A stretch of DNA of 64,000 nucleotides from the human T2T-CHM13v2.0 reference genome, Homo sapiens. Position numbers and translations under genes: made by a program. Positions 28,089 to 41,188 of the stretch are shown piece by piece. Position 1 is the first letter of the stretch. Each line of letters begins with the position of its first letter. Below the pieces are notes generated by a model. It searched no databases and was not told where the DNA came from. It was given only the letters and a program-made list of their open reading frames with translations. The stretch is from the NCBI RefSeq assembly GCF_009914755.1, contig NC_060929.1, one strand, 5' to 3'.

Positions 28089-30265
28089 TATCACATTGCT
28101 CCTGTTTTTGAATTCTGGCTCTTCTACTTACTGGCCGAGTCCCATTGGGCAATTATTTAATGTTTTCCCCCTCAAAGTTTTCTCTGCAAAATAAGGGTTA
28201 CTAGAGTAATAACAATAAAAACAATAATTCGTGTTTATTGGGTACTTATGGTGTGTGTCAGGTATGGTGCCAGGTGCTTTCCCAACATTTACTTTCAGTC
28301 TCACAGCAGCCCTGAGAGGTGGATCCTGCTGTGCCTCCTGTGTTGTGATGCAGTGATGATAGTAAGAGTGACCATGCACTGAGCACTCACTGTGCACCAG
28401 GCTCTACTATGTGCTGTCTTCATTCCTAGGTTCAGAAACTGAGGCTTAGGGAGGGGAAATCACTTGCCCCATATCACATGCTGCAGTATGCAGGGCCAGC
28501 ATGGGGACCATGTTGTTAGACTCTAGAGACTTCTTACTGCCTGCTCCATGGCATGGTCATAGGAGTAAATGAATTAATTCCTGTAGAACACTTAACATAG
28601 GGGCTGGCACATAATAAAAGCTTAAACTGTAGCTATTGTAGCTATTGGTGAAGTCATACTCTTTCCTACTAAAACGCATTTCTCCTTTGATAGAGAAGGC
28701 TCACTCCTAATGTCATCAGTGAACAGCTCGTATAGATCCTATACATGGCTATACGGCCATGGCCTGCTTCCATGTGACTTCACAAGTCCAACAGAGTACC
28801 CTTCCATCCACCTCCAGATGGTTCTCTGGTACCCACACCAGCACCCCCATGAATAGGCTCCCTGGCCCTTCTTGGCTGCAGTTACTTGACAAAACAATGT
28901 GGACACATTGGGTAGAGGGAGACCAGGAGTACAGGCATGTGTTCTAGGTTTTTTTTTCTGACGGGTTGATCATATCACAATCTCTTGGATTGTAGGTGGG
29001 GTTGAGATTTGAGGGTAAGGGCATGTGGTAGGAAGAGTATATGTGAGTGGGGAGAGCCATGGTCTGTAGCGGGTCCCCATGGAGGCCTGGGAGCTACAAG
29101 AGAGGCCCTGTGCTCAAGAGAGATGGCCCAGCTTCAGGGTCTCACCTCAAATTCCACAGGGGCTAGTTGGTAACTGCCAACTAGTAGGTTCCTGGGTTGT
29201 AACTGCAGCAGGTTGGGTGGAGCCTGCGACAGACGAGAGCATGTGTCCGTGGAGGGGGCAGCAGCCATCCCCACTTCAGTGACTGCAAGCCCTTCACATC
29301 CACCCACAAGTGAGCACCACCCTGTGGGAAATAGGCAGATGCTTTCAAAAGGCCTTCAGAGAAGAAGAGATGTGAACAGCCAGTATGTACAGGAGAGCTT
29401 TCCTTGTAAATGGAGCCTAAAGTGAGAAATCACACCAGTACTGGGGTTTAGGGAAGTAGGTGCTCTCGTGTATGTGATGAGAGTCTGTGGTAGTGTCTGT
29501 CAAAACTGAAAATGTGCACACCCTGTGACCTAGAATTTTCTTTTCTTGAAATTATCCTATTAAAAATCTACCACAAGGACTGTTAGAAAAGCATATTTGC
29601 CACAGCATTGTTTGTAAAAGTGAGAAATGGGAAATGATCCAAGTGTTTATCAATAAGGCAGTGTTAGGCTGAGGCGGGAGGATGGCTTGAATCTAAGAGT
29701 TTGAGGTTGCAGTGAGCTGTGATCATGCCACTGTGCTCCATGCTCCAGCCTGGGCAACGGCACAAGACCCTGTCTCAAAAAAAGGCAATGCTTACATTTA
29801 GGACAGTTTATACTGAAATATTATGCATCATTAAAAAGAATAATGTAGATTTATGTGTGCTGATATGAAAAGATGTCCAACTTTTATAATGAGGAAAAAA
29901 CTAAAATCATGTTATAGTCCATTTTTCTAAAAAACATTTGTACCTACAGTAAAAGAAAGTATGTATCACCTGTGTAAAATTCTAGTTCTTCCATGAATTT
30001 AAAGCTTCACTAAAAATATTTGCTTGTGTCAGAATTTTTAAAGTTGAAAAATCAAGCTAAATTAATAAAAATCTAAATTATAGATGTAAAAGGCAATATA
30101 GCATTACATTTTTAAGCTTTCATAAAAAGTTTTACTAAATGTCTAGGTAAGAATAAATATATAATGATTTGAATAGCTAATTAACTGTTCTAAACAGATA
30201 AGCACTTGTTTTTGAAAATATCCTTTTAAGTAATTGTAAATGTATCTTTAAAATTTGCTATTGTT

Positions 30266-30623
<358 letters not shown>

Positions 30624-31098
30624 TCAAATATCCAGATGATAAAAACTGTCAAAATTTTAGATTCTACATTGATGAGTCTTTTACTGGAGTTAATCACTGG
30701 AATTTTACTAAATTATGTACTGTGGAGGAAATTATTTTGCAATGAACCCCAGAGGTTTGGTCATTATTCAAAGTCCTCTTTCTCATTTGTACTTCAGCAT
30801 TTTATGTGCTCAAACATAATAAGGAATCTACTGAACATAGCAAAATATTACAAGTGCACTGTTTGAACTCTCTAGTCCTGTTAGTTTTCTCTTTTGTCAA
30901 ATCAGGAATCACAGTGTATATCATATGCAGCATCACTAAATAGATCTCATGACTCCTTTTAAGTGGTCTACTTTCTGGAAATGATATCTATGTGCCTGCT
31001 GTCTGAGTTACTTGCTCTGTGCTGCTAAAGTGATGCCATATGTTATGGCATGCAATGTTTCAAAAATATATAAATGGGCAGAAGTGGATATTGGAGAC

Positions 31099-31464
31099 TG
31101 ATATGGTTTGGCTCTGTCCCTACACAAATCTCATCTTGAATTATATAATCCCCAAGTGTCATGGGAGGGACCCAGTGGGAGGTAATTGAATCATGGGGGT
31201 GGTTACCCTCATGTTGTTCTCATGCTAGTGAGTTCTCACGAGATCTGATGGGTTTTATAAGGGGCTTTCCCCCCTTTTGCTTGACACTTCTCCTACCTGC
31301 TGCCATATGAAGAAGGATGTGTTTGCTTCCCCTTCTGCCATGATTGTAAGTTTCCTGAGACATCCTCAGCCATGCTGAACTGTGAGTCAATTAAACCTCT
31401 TTCCTTTATAAATTACCCAGTCTCGGGTATGTCTTTATTAGCAGCATGAGAATGGACGAACACA
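31099..31464 (+). mobile_element. solo THE1 LTR (THE1B-like), sense, in intron 1
   Basis: TGATATGGTTTGGCTCTGTCC...GAACACA; 5-bp TSD gagac/gaggc. Confidence 0.88.
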
Positions 31465-32022
31465 GAGGCGTCTCTGGAGGCATCGCTAGACGTCACCTGG
31501 TTTGACTGCCTGCAGTGTATTTGGGTCTGGATTGAATCCCTGTAATTGTGTATGGGATCCAATTCAGATATTCAGCAAGAACCAAGTGTGTGGCAGGCAT
31601 TGTGCTAGTGCTTAAAAATTTTGTTCCACCTTTCCCTAGCCAAGTCAGTGTTTTCACACTCATTGTACAGTCAAGAAAATTCAGAAGAGGAGTTAGGTTG
31701 CCATAGTCACACATCAAATAGTAGAGGCAGGTTTTGAGTTCAAGTCTGAGAGATTCTGAAGCCCATACTCTTTATTCTTCTTAATTTTGTGGAACAAAGA
31801 TGGTCTTGTATATGGTGCTGATTATGGGAGAACCATAAAGAAATTAAAAATTTCTTTAATTTTTGGATTGAATTTTTAAATACTTTAAAAATATTTATGT
31901 AAATCAGTGATAGATACTTTGCAGGTAAAATTATGCAATCTCTCTCTGCATTTTTTTTCTCTTAAAGCAAACTTGTGTAATTGTGATGTGCTTTTTTTTT
32001 TTTTTTTTTGTAATTTTCATAG

Positions 32023-32182
32023 GAAGTGACCAAGTTCACTCCTGGATGCTAGCTACAAGCCAAGCCTTAGACACTGTCTGGAGAATGGCAAAAGGCTTTG
32101 TGATGTTGGCAGTTTCATTTCTGGTGGCTGCCATCTGCTACTTCCGGAGGCTACATTTATATTCAGGGCACAAGCTGAAATG
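32023..32182 (+). CDS. OTULINL: OTULINL exon 2 (GSDQVHSWMLATSQ...HKLKW), includes hydrophobic membrane-anchor segment GFVMLAVSFLVAAICYF
   Basis: poly-T tract + catag acceptor; donor TG|gtaggt; 160 nt, phase 1 to 2. Confidence 0.95.
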
Positions 32183-32270
32183 GTAGGTCACTGTATCATC
32201 CTTAAATTTCAAATGTATCTTTACTATTCAAAGCAGAATTCTGATATTATTGTTCCCTTTTATCTTTCAG

Positions 32271-32302
32271 GTGGATTGGATATCTGCAGAGAAAATTCAA
32301 AA
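32271..32302 (+). CDS. OTULINL: OTULINL exon 3 (32-nt microexon, WIGYLQRKFK)
   Basis: tttcag acceptor, A|gtaaat donor; phases 2 to 1 fit neighbours. Confidence 0.92.
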
Positions 32303-32408
32303 GTAAATATTTTCATTCATTTATTTCTTTATTTTTAAGGTGCAGAGAGGGTTCAAGAAGGGAGAAGAAAGGGAGAATTAACAGCTTTTTATTTTTTATT
32401 TGGTCCAG

Positions 32409-32500
32409 GGAACCTCAGTGTGGAGGCAGAGGTTGATTTACTCAGTTATTGTGCAAGAGAATGGAAAGGAGAGACACCCCGTAACAAGCTGATGAGGAAG
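32409..32500 (+). CDS. OTULINL: OTULINL exon 4 (RNLSVEAEVDLLSYCAREWKGETPRNKLMRK)
   Basis: tccag acceptor, AAG|gtgtgt donor; 92 nt, phase 1 to 0. Confidence 0.95.
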
Positions 32501-33240
32501 GTGTGTCTGTTTTTAGAGGGTATGGGAGAAATAGAGTTTGTCTGTCAAAATCAGGAAACAAACATTCCCTTCTGCTTTACTAAATCCAGATATCCATCAG
32601 TACCAAAATGTGAGTCAAGTAACAACTGTGGCTCTAACTCAAAAGCCAAATGGCTGTTAGACCTTGGCTTTGGGCTTTTACCTGGAGCTCGTGCCCTCAA
32701 GGGCTCAGGTCGATGAGGTCTGTAATTCCAGGAAACTCAGGCATTGTGCCTTTTCAGCACCCTCCTGGCCAGGCCTATTAAACATCCGCATGTGCAGTGG
32801 AGACTGTCTTTGAAAAGATCAGGCACCCTGATGTAAAATATTTTGAGGATTTTTAGAATTTTTATTGGACCAATCTTGGTAAATATCCCCAGCAGTGCTG
32901 CCCAATCTTGCCACTAGCAAAAGCAAAAAAGGGTGGAGGGAGTACATATAAAGTACTTAGCATGGTCCTAAAAGTATACAGAGTTTTTCACTGTGGTTAG
33001 GTCGCATCCCTTATCTGCCCAAGGTGACCTTCCCTGGCTCTGCTTCCAGGATTTATCATCTAAAATACACTTGTACAAATGAGAGTCACTTTAAAATTAC
33101 ATGCGGTCATATTCGTAATTTATCATTGTTTCTGTTGTCCACTTTAGTTGGGAGGAACACCTCACTGAAAATACAGTGAATTCACTTTATTTTCTTGTCC
33201 AGTGGAATTAATAAACAACTTTCTCTTTTTATTTTATTAG

Positions 33241-33390
33241 GCTTATGAGGAGCTATTTTGGCGGCATCACATTAAATGTGTTCGACAAGTAAGGAGAGAT
33301 AACTATGATGCTCTCAGATCAGTGTTATTTCAGATATTCAGCCAGGGCATCTCTTTTCCATCATGGATGAAAGAAAAGGACATTGTTAAG
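33241..33390 (+). CDS. OTULINL: OTULINL exon 5 (AYEELFW...RRDNYDALRS...KDIVK), degenerate OTU catalytic-Cys loop
   Basis: ttattag acceptor, AAG|gtatgt donor; 150 nt; DNYDALR parallels OTULIN DNYCALR. Confidence 0.96.
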
Positions 33391-33498
33391 GTATGTCTTC
33401 CCCCTGGAAATGTGGGAAATGTCATGTTGACAATAACTGCAACTCAGACTCCTAGTCTTTGGGGGCTTTGTACTCAGATGACCATGAGATTGAAGAGA

Positions 33499-33793
33499 TT
33501 TTTTTGTTTTTTTGAGACAAGATCTCACTGTCACCCAGGATTGAGTGTAGTGGGGTGATCATGGCTCAATGCAGCCTTGACCTTCTGGGCTCAAGTGATT
33601 CTCCTATCTCAGCCTCCTGAGTAGCTGGGACCACAGGTGCATGCCACCACGCCCATGTAATTTCTGTATTTTTTTGTAGAGACAGGGTTTTCCGTGTTGC
33701 CCAGGCTGGTCTTGAACTTCTGGGCTCAAGCAGTCTGTCCACTTCCTCCTCCTAGAGTGCTTGGATTATAGGTGTGAGCCATCATGTCTGGCC
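33499..33793 (-). mobile_element. AluJ
   Basis: reverse Alu about 110 bp after exon 5. Confidence 0.88.
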
Positions 33794-33929
33794 AGAGGAA
33801 TTTTAAGAGGCCATTTAATCCAGTCCTCTGTCTCTCATGTCAGTTGCAAATAAACCATCTCAGAAGATAGTCATTATCTGTGTTTGTTTTTAATGCCACC
33901 ATCTTTTCTTGAGGGGCATCTGTTCTTTT

Positions 33930-34840
33930 ATAAGTAAGGTGATCAAGCAAAATTCACTTTTTTACTCTATAGTTAATGAGAGTTTTAATAAATGCATAGT
34001 TTGTGACCACCCCAAAGATTCTCTTGTATACTTTGGTAGTCCATCCTCCTCCTACCCCAGCCCCTGAAAACCACTGATCTATTTTCTGTCCCTATAGTTT
34101 TGCTTTTTCCAGAATGTCATATAAATGGAATCATTCAGTATGTAGCTTTTTGAATCTGGTTTCTTTCACTTAGCACAATGCATGTTCAATTGAATGTGTC
34201 TGTGAATTTGTATTTCATCCTTTTTTATTGTTGAGTGGTATTCCTTTACATGAATGTACTACAGTTTGTTTATCCATTCACCAGTTGAAGGACATCTGGA
34301 TTGTTTTTAGTTTGGGGCAACTATAAATAAAGTGGTTATAAATAGTCTCATACAGGATGTTGTATGAACAATAGGTTTCATATTGAGGGGATAAGTAGCT
34401 AGGAGTGAGACTGCCTGCTTGTATGCTAGGTGCATGTTTAACTTCATAAGAAACTGCCAAGCTGCGTTCCAAAGTGGCCCAGCCATTTTGTATTCCCACC
34501 AACAATGTATAAGCAATGTTTCAGTTGTTTCACATTCTCACCAGCACTTGATATTGTCAGGTTTTTGTTTTTAGCCATTCTAATAGTTGTGAATTGGTAT
34601 CATTGTGCTTTTAGTGTGCATTCCCCAATGAGTAATGATGTTGAGCATTTTTCATGTGCTTATTTGTCATCCCTGTTATCTTCTTGGAGAAATGGCTATT
34701 CAAATCTTTTGCTCATTTTTTATGTTTTTTTTTAAATTATTGAGTCTTGAGAGTTCTTTATTCTGAATACAGTGCTTTGTCAGATATATGATTTACATAT
34801 ATTTTCTCCAGTCTGTGGCTTCTGATTTTCTTAACAATGT
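33930..34840 (-). mobile_element. old L1 (L1M) 3' fragment
   Basis: typical antisense L1 3' motifs (tatccattcaccagttgaaggacat; tttagccattctaatag). Confidence 0.8.
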
Positions 34841-35107
34841 AAGGCAGTGCATTCTTGATAAGTAACCTGAGTTTTTATTTTAAATGCAGTATGTCTAATA
34901 TAGGAACTACATTTAAGGATAGAGGTGCAAAGAAATATAAAATATGTGTGTGTGTGCGCACGTGTGTGTGTGTTCAATTTTCTTAATATCTTTTATTTAA
35001 ACTTGTTTCTATTAGTTCCATTTCATCTAGCAAATGCTTGTCAAATATATGCAATGTGCTAGCCCAGTTGCTAATTGCTGAGGACAAAGATATAAAAATA
35101 CAACAGA

Positions 35108-37490
35108 GGCCAGGAGCCGTGGCTTATGCCTGTAATCCCAGCACTTTGGGAGGCCAAGTTGGGAGTATCTCTGGAGGCCAGTAGTTTAAGACCAACCTGG
35201 GCAACAGAGCAAGACTCCATCTTGCCAAAAAATAAAAAAATGTAGCCAGACATGGTGGTCATGCCTATGGTCATAGTTACTTTTGGGAGACTATGATGGG
35301 AGGATTGCTTGACCCTAGGAGTTTAAGGTTACACTGAGCTATGATTGCACCACTGTACTCCAGCCTGGGTGATAGAGTGTGTATTAGTCTGTTTTCATGC
35401 TGCTGATAAAGACAATCAAGATGATATTTGGGTGGGGACACGGCCAAACCATATTATTCCACCCCTGGCCCCTCCCAAATCTCACATCTTCACATTTCAA
35501 AACCAATCATGCCTTCCCAGCAGTCCCCCAAAGTCTTAAATCATTTCAGCATTAACTCAAAAGTTCACAGTACAAAGTCTCATCCAAAACAAGGCAAGTC
35601 CCTTCTTAAGGTATGTCTTCCCCCTGGAAATGTGGGAAATGTCATGTTGACAATAACTGCAACTGTAATCAAAAGCAGTTTAGTTACTACCTAGATGCAG
35701 TGGGGATACTGGGTAAATACAGCCATTCCAAATGGGAGAAATTGGCCTAAACAAAGGGACTACAGGCCATGCAAGTCCAAAATCCAGCAGGGCAGTCAAA
35801 TCTTAAAGCTCCAAAATGATCTCCTTCGATTCTGTCTCATATCCAGGTCACACTGATGCAAGAGGTGGGTTCCCATGGTCTTGGGCAGCTCCGCCCCTGT
35901 GGCTTTGCAGGGTACAGCCTCCCTCCTGGCTGCTTTCACAGGCTAGTGTCAAGTGCCTGTGGCTTTCCCAGGTGCATGGTGCAAGGTGTTGGTGGTTCTA
36001 CCATTCTGGGGTCTGGGGAACGGTGGCCCTCTTCTCACAGCTCCACTAGGCAGCACCCCAGTGGGGATGGGGTCTCAGTGTGGGGGCTCCCACCCCACAT
36101 TTCCCTTTCACGCTGCCCTAGCAGAGGTTCTCCATGAGTGCCCTTCCCCTGCAGCAAACTTCTGCCTGGACATCAAGGCATTTCTGTATATCCTCTGAAA
36201 CCTGGGTGGAGGTTCCCAACCCTCAGTTCTTGACTTCTGTGTACCCACAGGCCCAACACCACGTGGAAGCTGTTAAGGCTTGGGGCTTGCACCCTCTGAA
36301 GGCATGGCCCTAGCTATACCTTGCTTGGCCCCTTTTAGTCATGGCTGGAGTGGCCGAGATGCAGAGCACCAAGTCCCCAGACTGTACACAGCAGAGGGAC
36401 CCTGGACCTGGCCCATGGAACTGCTTTTTGCTCCTAGGTGTCTGGGCCTGTAATGGGGCGGGTGGGGGGGCGTGGTGCGGGTGCTGCTGTAAAGGTTTCT
36501 GACGTGTCCTGGAGACATTTTCCTCATTGTCTTGGTGATTAACATTTGGCTTCTCATTAGTTACGCAAATATCTGCAGCCAGCTTGTATTTCTCCTCAGA
36601 AAATGAGATTTTCTTTCCTATAGCATTGTGAGGCTGCACATTTTCTGAACTTTTACGCTCTCTCTTTCAAAACTGAATGCCTTTAACAGCATCCAAGTCA
36701 CTTCTGAATGCTTTGCTGCTTAGAAATTTCTTTCACCAGATACTCTAAATCATCTCTCTCAAGTTCAGAGTTCCGTAAATCTCTAGGGCAGGGGCAAAAT
36801 GCCACCAGTCTCTTCGTTAAAACATAACAAGAGTCATCTTTGCTCCAGTTTCCAAGTTCCTCATCTCCACCTGAGACTACCTCAGCCTGGATTTCATTAT
36901 CCATATCATTATCAGCATTTTGGTCAAAGCCATTCAACAAGTCTCTAGGGTCTTCCAAACTTTTCCACGTTTTCCTGTCCTCTTCTGAGCACTCCAAATT
37001 GTTCCAACCTCTGCTTGTTACCCAATTCCAAAGTCGCTTTCATGTTTTCGGGTATCTTTTCAGCAGCACCCCAGTCCTGGTACCAGTTTACTGTATTAGT
37101 CTGTTTTCACACTGCTGATAAAGACATAACTGAGACTGAGCAATTTACAAAAGAAAGAGGTTTAACTGGACTTAGAGACAGTTCCATGTGGCTGGGGAAG
37201 CCTCACAATCATGGCGGAAGTCAGAGGAGCAAGTCACATTTTATGTGGTTGGTGGCAGGCAAAAAGAGAGAGCCTGTGCATGGGAACGCTTCTTTTTAAA
37301 ACCATCAGATCTTGTGAGACTTATTGACTATCATGAGACCAGCACAGGAAAAAGACTTGCCCCCACGATTCAGTCACCTCCCACCAGGTCCCTCCCACAA
37401 CACATGGGAATTCAAGATGAGATTTGGGTGGGGACACAGTCAAACCATATTAAGTGAGACCTTGTCTTTAAAAAAGAAAACAAAACAAAA
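35108..37490 (+). mobile_element. AluJ split by THE1 insertion (Alu parts ~35108-35379 and ~37453-37490)
   Basis: Alu stops at ...gatagagtg and resumes agtgagaccttgtc + A tail after the THE1. Confidence 0.85.
35380..37452 (-). mobile_element. THE1 provirus (THE1A-like): internally deleted LTR 35380-35456, internal region, full LTR 37092-37452
   Basis: tgtattagtctgttttca...caaaccatat termini twice; THE1-int motifs between. Confidence 0.9.
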
Positions 37491-38004
37491 CAACCACAAC
37501 AGAGATTCCCAGGCTCAGCAAACTGAGTAGGATGGGAAAATGTATTGGATACCTATGATGGATTAGACTCTTACATACACCATAATCTTATTTAATCCTA
37601 ACAAGAGTCCTATAAAATGCACAGTATTATTGGTATGTTACAATGGAGGATGAGGCTAAGAAGTTAAGTAATCCATGCCGGTTAAGTAATCTCTCAGCTG
37701 GTGAGTGACAGCCAGGTGTGAGCCACAGAGTGCATCATTCTAAAATCCACCTGTTCCCTGATGTAATATACTGCCCTAACATCATTTGGCTAAAAATAAT
37801 TTCTAAAGGGCTACATATAGTAAGTTTGGTAACTATTTTAACAAAAAAGATTGTTTCTATGGACACAATTCTATGTTTTCATCACTTGTGAAATTGTAAG
37901 AATATGATGTAAAAATAACCTAAGGCACAAATCTAAAAGAAGGCAATATACTTAACTGTTGCTATAGTCTTTTAAAATAAAGATTGCTAAATGAGGTAAG
38001 TTTG

Positions 38005-38299
38005 GGCCGGGTGCTGTGGCTCACACCTGTAATTCCAGCACTTTGGGAGGCCAAGGCGGGCAGATTGCTTCAGGTCAGGAGTTCGAGACCAGCCTGACCA
38101 ACATGGTGCAACCCCGTCTCTACTAAAAATACAAAAATTTAGCTGGGCGTGGTGGCTCATGCCTGTAGTCCTAGCTACTCAGGAGGCTGAGGCAGCAGAA
38201 ACGCTTGGACCTGGGAGGTGGAGGTTGCGGTAAGCCGAGATCACGCCACTGCACTCCAGCCTGGGCAACAGAGTGAGATTCCATCTCGAAAAAAAAAAA
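38005..38299 (+). mobile_element. AluS
   Basis: full Alu ending about 90 bp before exon 6. Confidence 0.9.
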
Positions 38300-38387
38300 G
38301 ATAAGGTTGTGTGCTGTGCTATACAGCAAATTGTGTGTAATAAACGTTCATATGCTAATCATAGTTGGCATCTACTTCCTTTTCAAG

Positions 38388-38516
38388 CTTCCTGAAAAAC
38401 TGCTGTTTTCACAAGGTTGTAATTGGATTCAGCAGTACAGTTTTGGTCCTGAGAAGTATACAGGCTCGAATGTGTTTGGAAAACTACGGAAATATGTGGA
38501 ATTATTGAAAACACAG
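38388..38516 (+). CDS. OTULINL: OTULINL exon 6 (LPEKLLFSQGCNWIQQY...VELLKTQ)
   Basis: ttttcaag acceptor, CAG|gtaagt donor; 129 nt, phase 0-0. Confidence 0.95.
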
Positions 38517-39277
38517 GTAAGTGTTTGCGGGGGAAATAAAAAGACTAGGAATAAAAGCACATATCCCAGATAGAGCCAGTTTTCTCTGATGTCAGGGACA
38601 TTGCTTCATGTTAGGAAAGTAAGAAGTGCAAGCAGAAATGCTTCTAGTAACTGATGATTTCCCTCCTTATTCTTCCTTCTCCTTCAAGAAGTGAATGAGA
38701 GCAACATTGTTCTACACGATAATTAGGCCCTATAGGGTCGGGGGCTTCTATGGGCCGGCCTTTAAACCTTACCAATCATGTACCTTTGTTTCCCCAGAAA
38801 AATGTGGTGCAAGTCCAGGCAAGGTGCTCAGAAATGCTCTCCTGGAATGCACCCCATTCATAACTTGGTAATGGCACAGATGTAATAATTTGACTAAGAC
38901 TTCTTCCTGTCTTTCAATAATGACACAGATTTTGGATGATTGAAATGAATCCTGAGCCTACCACTAGCTTGGTTACCTTGGGAAATAACCTTTCTGGTCC
39001 ATAGTTTTCTTATGTATTAAAGAGAAACATCAATAGTGTATATCCTGTACCATTATTGTGAGGATTCAATGACGTAATACACAGAGAGCTTTAAACTGTG
39101 CAGAATACACAGTGAATGTTAAAGCACACTAGCACTATTCTGTGGAATATCCTTTGTGTAACCCATCCATCCTAAGCAGTTTTGGAAAACTGACTTGCTT
39201 TGTATTTAACTAGTAGGTGATACTTTTTGAAAAAAATATTTTATCTAAACTAATTTCTTATTGTAAACATTTTATGG

Positions 39278-39629
39278 TCAGCTTAGGCTTCTATAACAAA
39301 ATACCATAAATTGGGTGGCTTAACCCATAAAGATTGATTTTTCACAGTTCTGGAGATTGGAAGTCAGAGATCAGGGTGCCAGCACAGTGGGGTTTTTGGT
39401 GAGAGCCCTCTTCCTGTTTTATAGACAGCTGTCTTCTTGGTGTGTCTTCACATAGTGGAAGGAGAACTAGCTAGCTCTTTGGCCTCTTCTTATAAGAGTA
39501 GCAGGTCCATTCATGAGGGCTCCACCGTCAGGACCTAATCACGTCCCAAAGGACACACCCTCTAATACCATCACCCTGGGATTAGGGTTTCAACATAGGA
39601 AGTTGAGGGAGACATGTTCAGTCCACTGC
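39278..39629 (-). mobile_element. MaLR LTR (MLT1A0-like)
   Basis: ggcttctataacaaaataccataaattgggtggctt...ttcagtccactgca. Confidence 0.7.
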
Positions 39630-39805
39630 AGTATACTTTTATGGTTAAAAAAAATCAAACAGTGCCGAAAGATAGAAAGTGAAGAGTTAAAGTTCCACTT
39701 TTTTCTATTAATCTTTGGTTTATTTTATAAATACATTAAAAGTTATGGAATGGTATATGTCTTCACCTTTATCCTTCTGAATTTCACTTTTACATCTGTT
39801 TTTAG

Positions 39806-40075
39806 TGGACTGAATTTAATGGCATTAGAGATTATCACAAGAGAGGAAGTATGTGCAACACCCTTTTTTCAGATGCCATTCTGGAATATAAACTTTATGA
39901 AGCTTTAAAGTTCATCATGCTGTATCAAGTCACTGAAGTTTATGAACAAATGAAGACTAAAAAGGTCATTCCCAGTCTTTTTAGACTCCTGTTTTCCAGG
40001 GAGACATCCTCTGATCCTTTGAGCTTCATGATGAATCACCTGAATTCTGTAGGCGACACATGTGGACTAGAGCAG
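39806..40075 (+). CDS. OTULINL: OTULINL exon 7 (WTEFNGIRDY...GDTCGLEQ)
   Basis: tttttag acceptor, CAG|gtaacc donor; 270 nt, phase 0-0; LYEALKF and HLNSVGDTCGLEQ motifs of the OTULIN family. Confidence 0.96.
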
Positions 40076-40666
40076 GTAACCGGGGAGGAAGAACTGCTTG
40101 TATTTGATTAAGGATGCTGTGGCACTATTTGAACACAGAGGTGTCTGGGGTGACTTTTCAGTGGTGACATAAGCGATTGCACAGAGGTGGTTGATTGATA
40201 TTATCGCCCCTCAAATGAGGAAAAGAAGACTAATAAATGCATTATTCTGTGCTGGCTGCTTTGTGTCTCCTCAGACCTCTAGCCAGAGAGCACCAATTCT
40301 GGGGGCCTTTCTGACCTCTCACGCTGCTTCCCAGATGCCAACAGGTTCTCTCACATAGACGTTCACCAGGAAAAAGTCCAGGTGGAAAATGAGATAATTT
40401 TGGGAAAGCGTTTGGTTACCTATTGCAGATAAATAGAAATTAATTGAAACTTTCTAAAGCCAGAAAATGAAAATGCTTTTATCCCTCTAGAAAAGAGTTT
40501 CTTTTTTGTTTTGCTTTCCTAGAGGGCGAACAAAATTATCTGACATTTTTAAACAAATGGATATAAAATGATATAAAACTGATTGAATGATATAAAACTG
40601 ATTGGAAAATAATGTAGTTTTTATCATGAGTGTTCTTTTATTTTTTCACTAATTTTTTTCAAGTAG

Positions 40667-40965
<299 letters not shown>

Positions 40966-41188
40966 GTGATTTTTACATGCTAGTCTACAGAGTTGTTCCT
41001 ATGCTCGTCCCCTTCCTTCCACACAATGAGCATTTGTTCTGAACTCTGTGCCCACTCAGTGGTGTATGGGTGGGTCTGTCAACAAGCAGATTATTTCATA
41101 AACTGCAGAGGAACACTTCCCCGCACCGTGGCGGGAGGCAGGAATTTGCAAGTGTGTATCTGTGACCTGTCTTTCATCTCATCCACAG

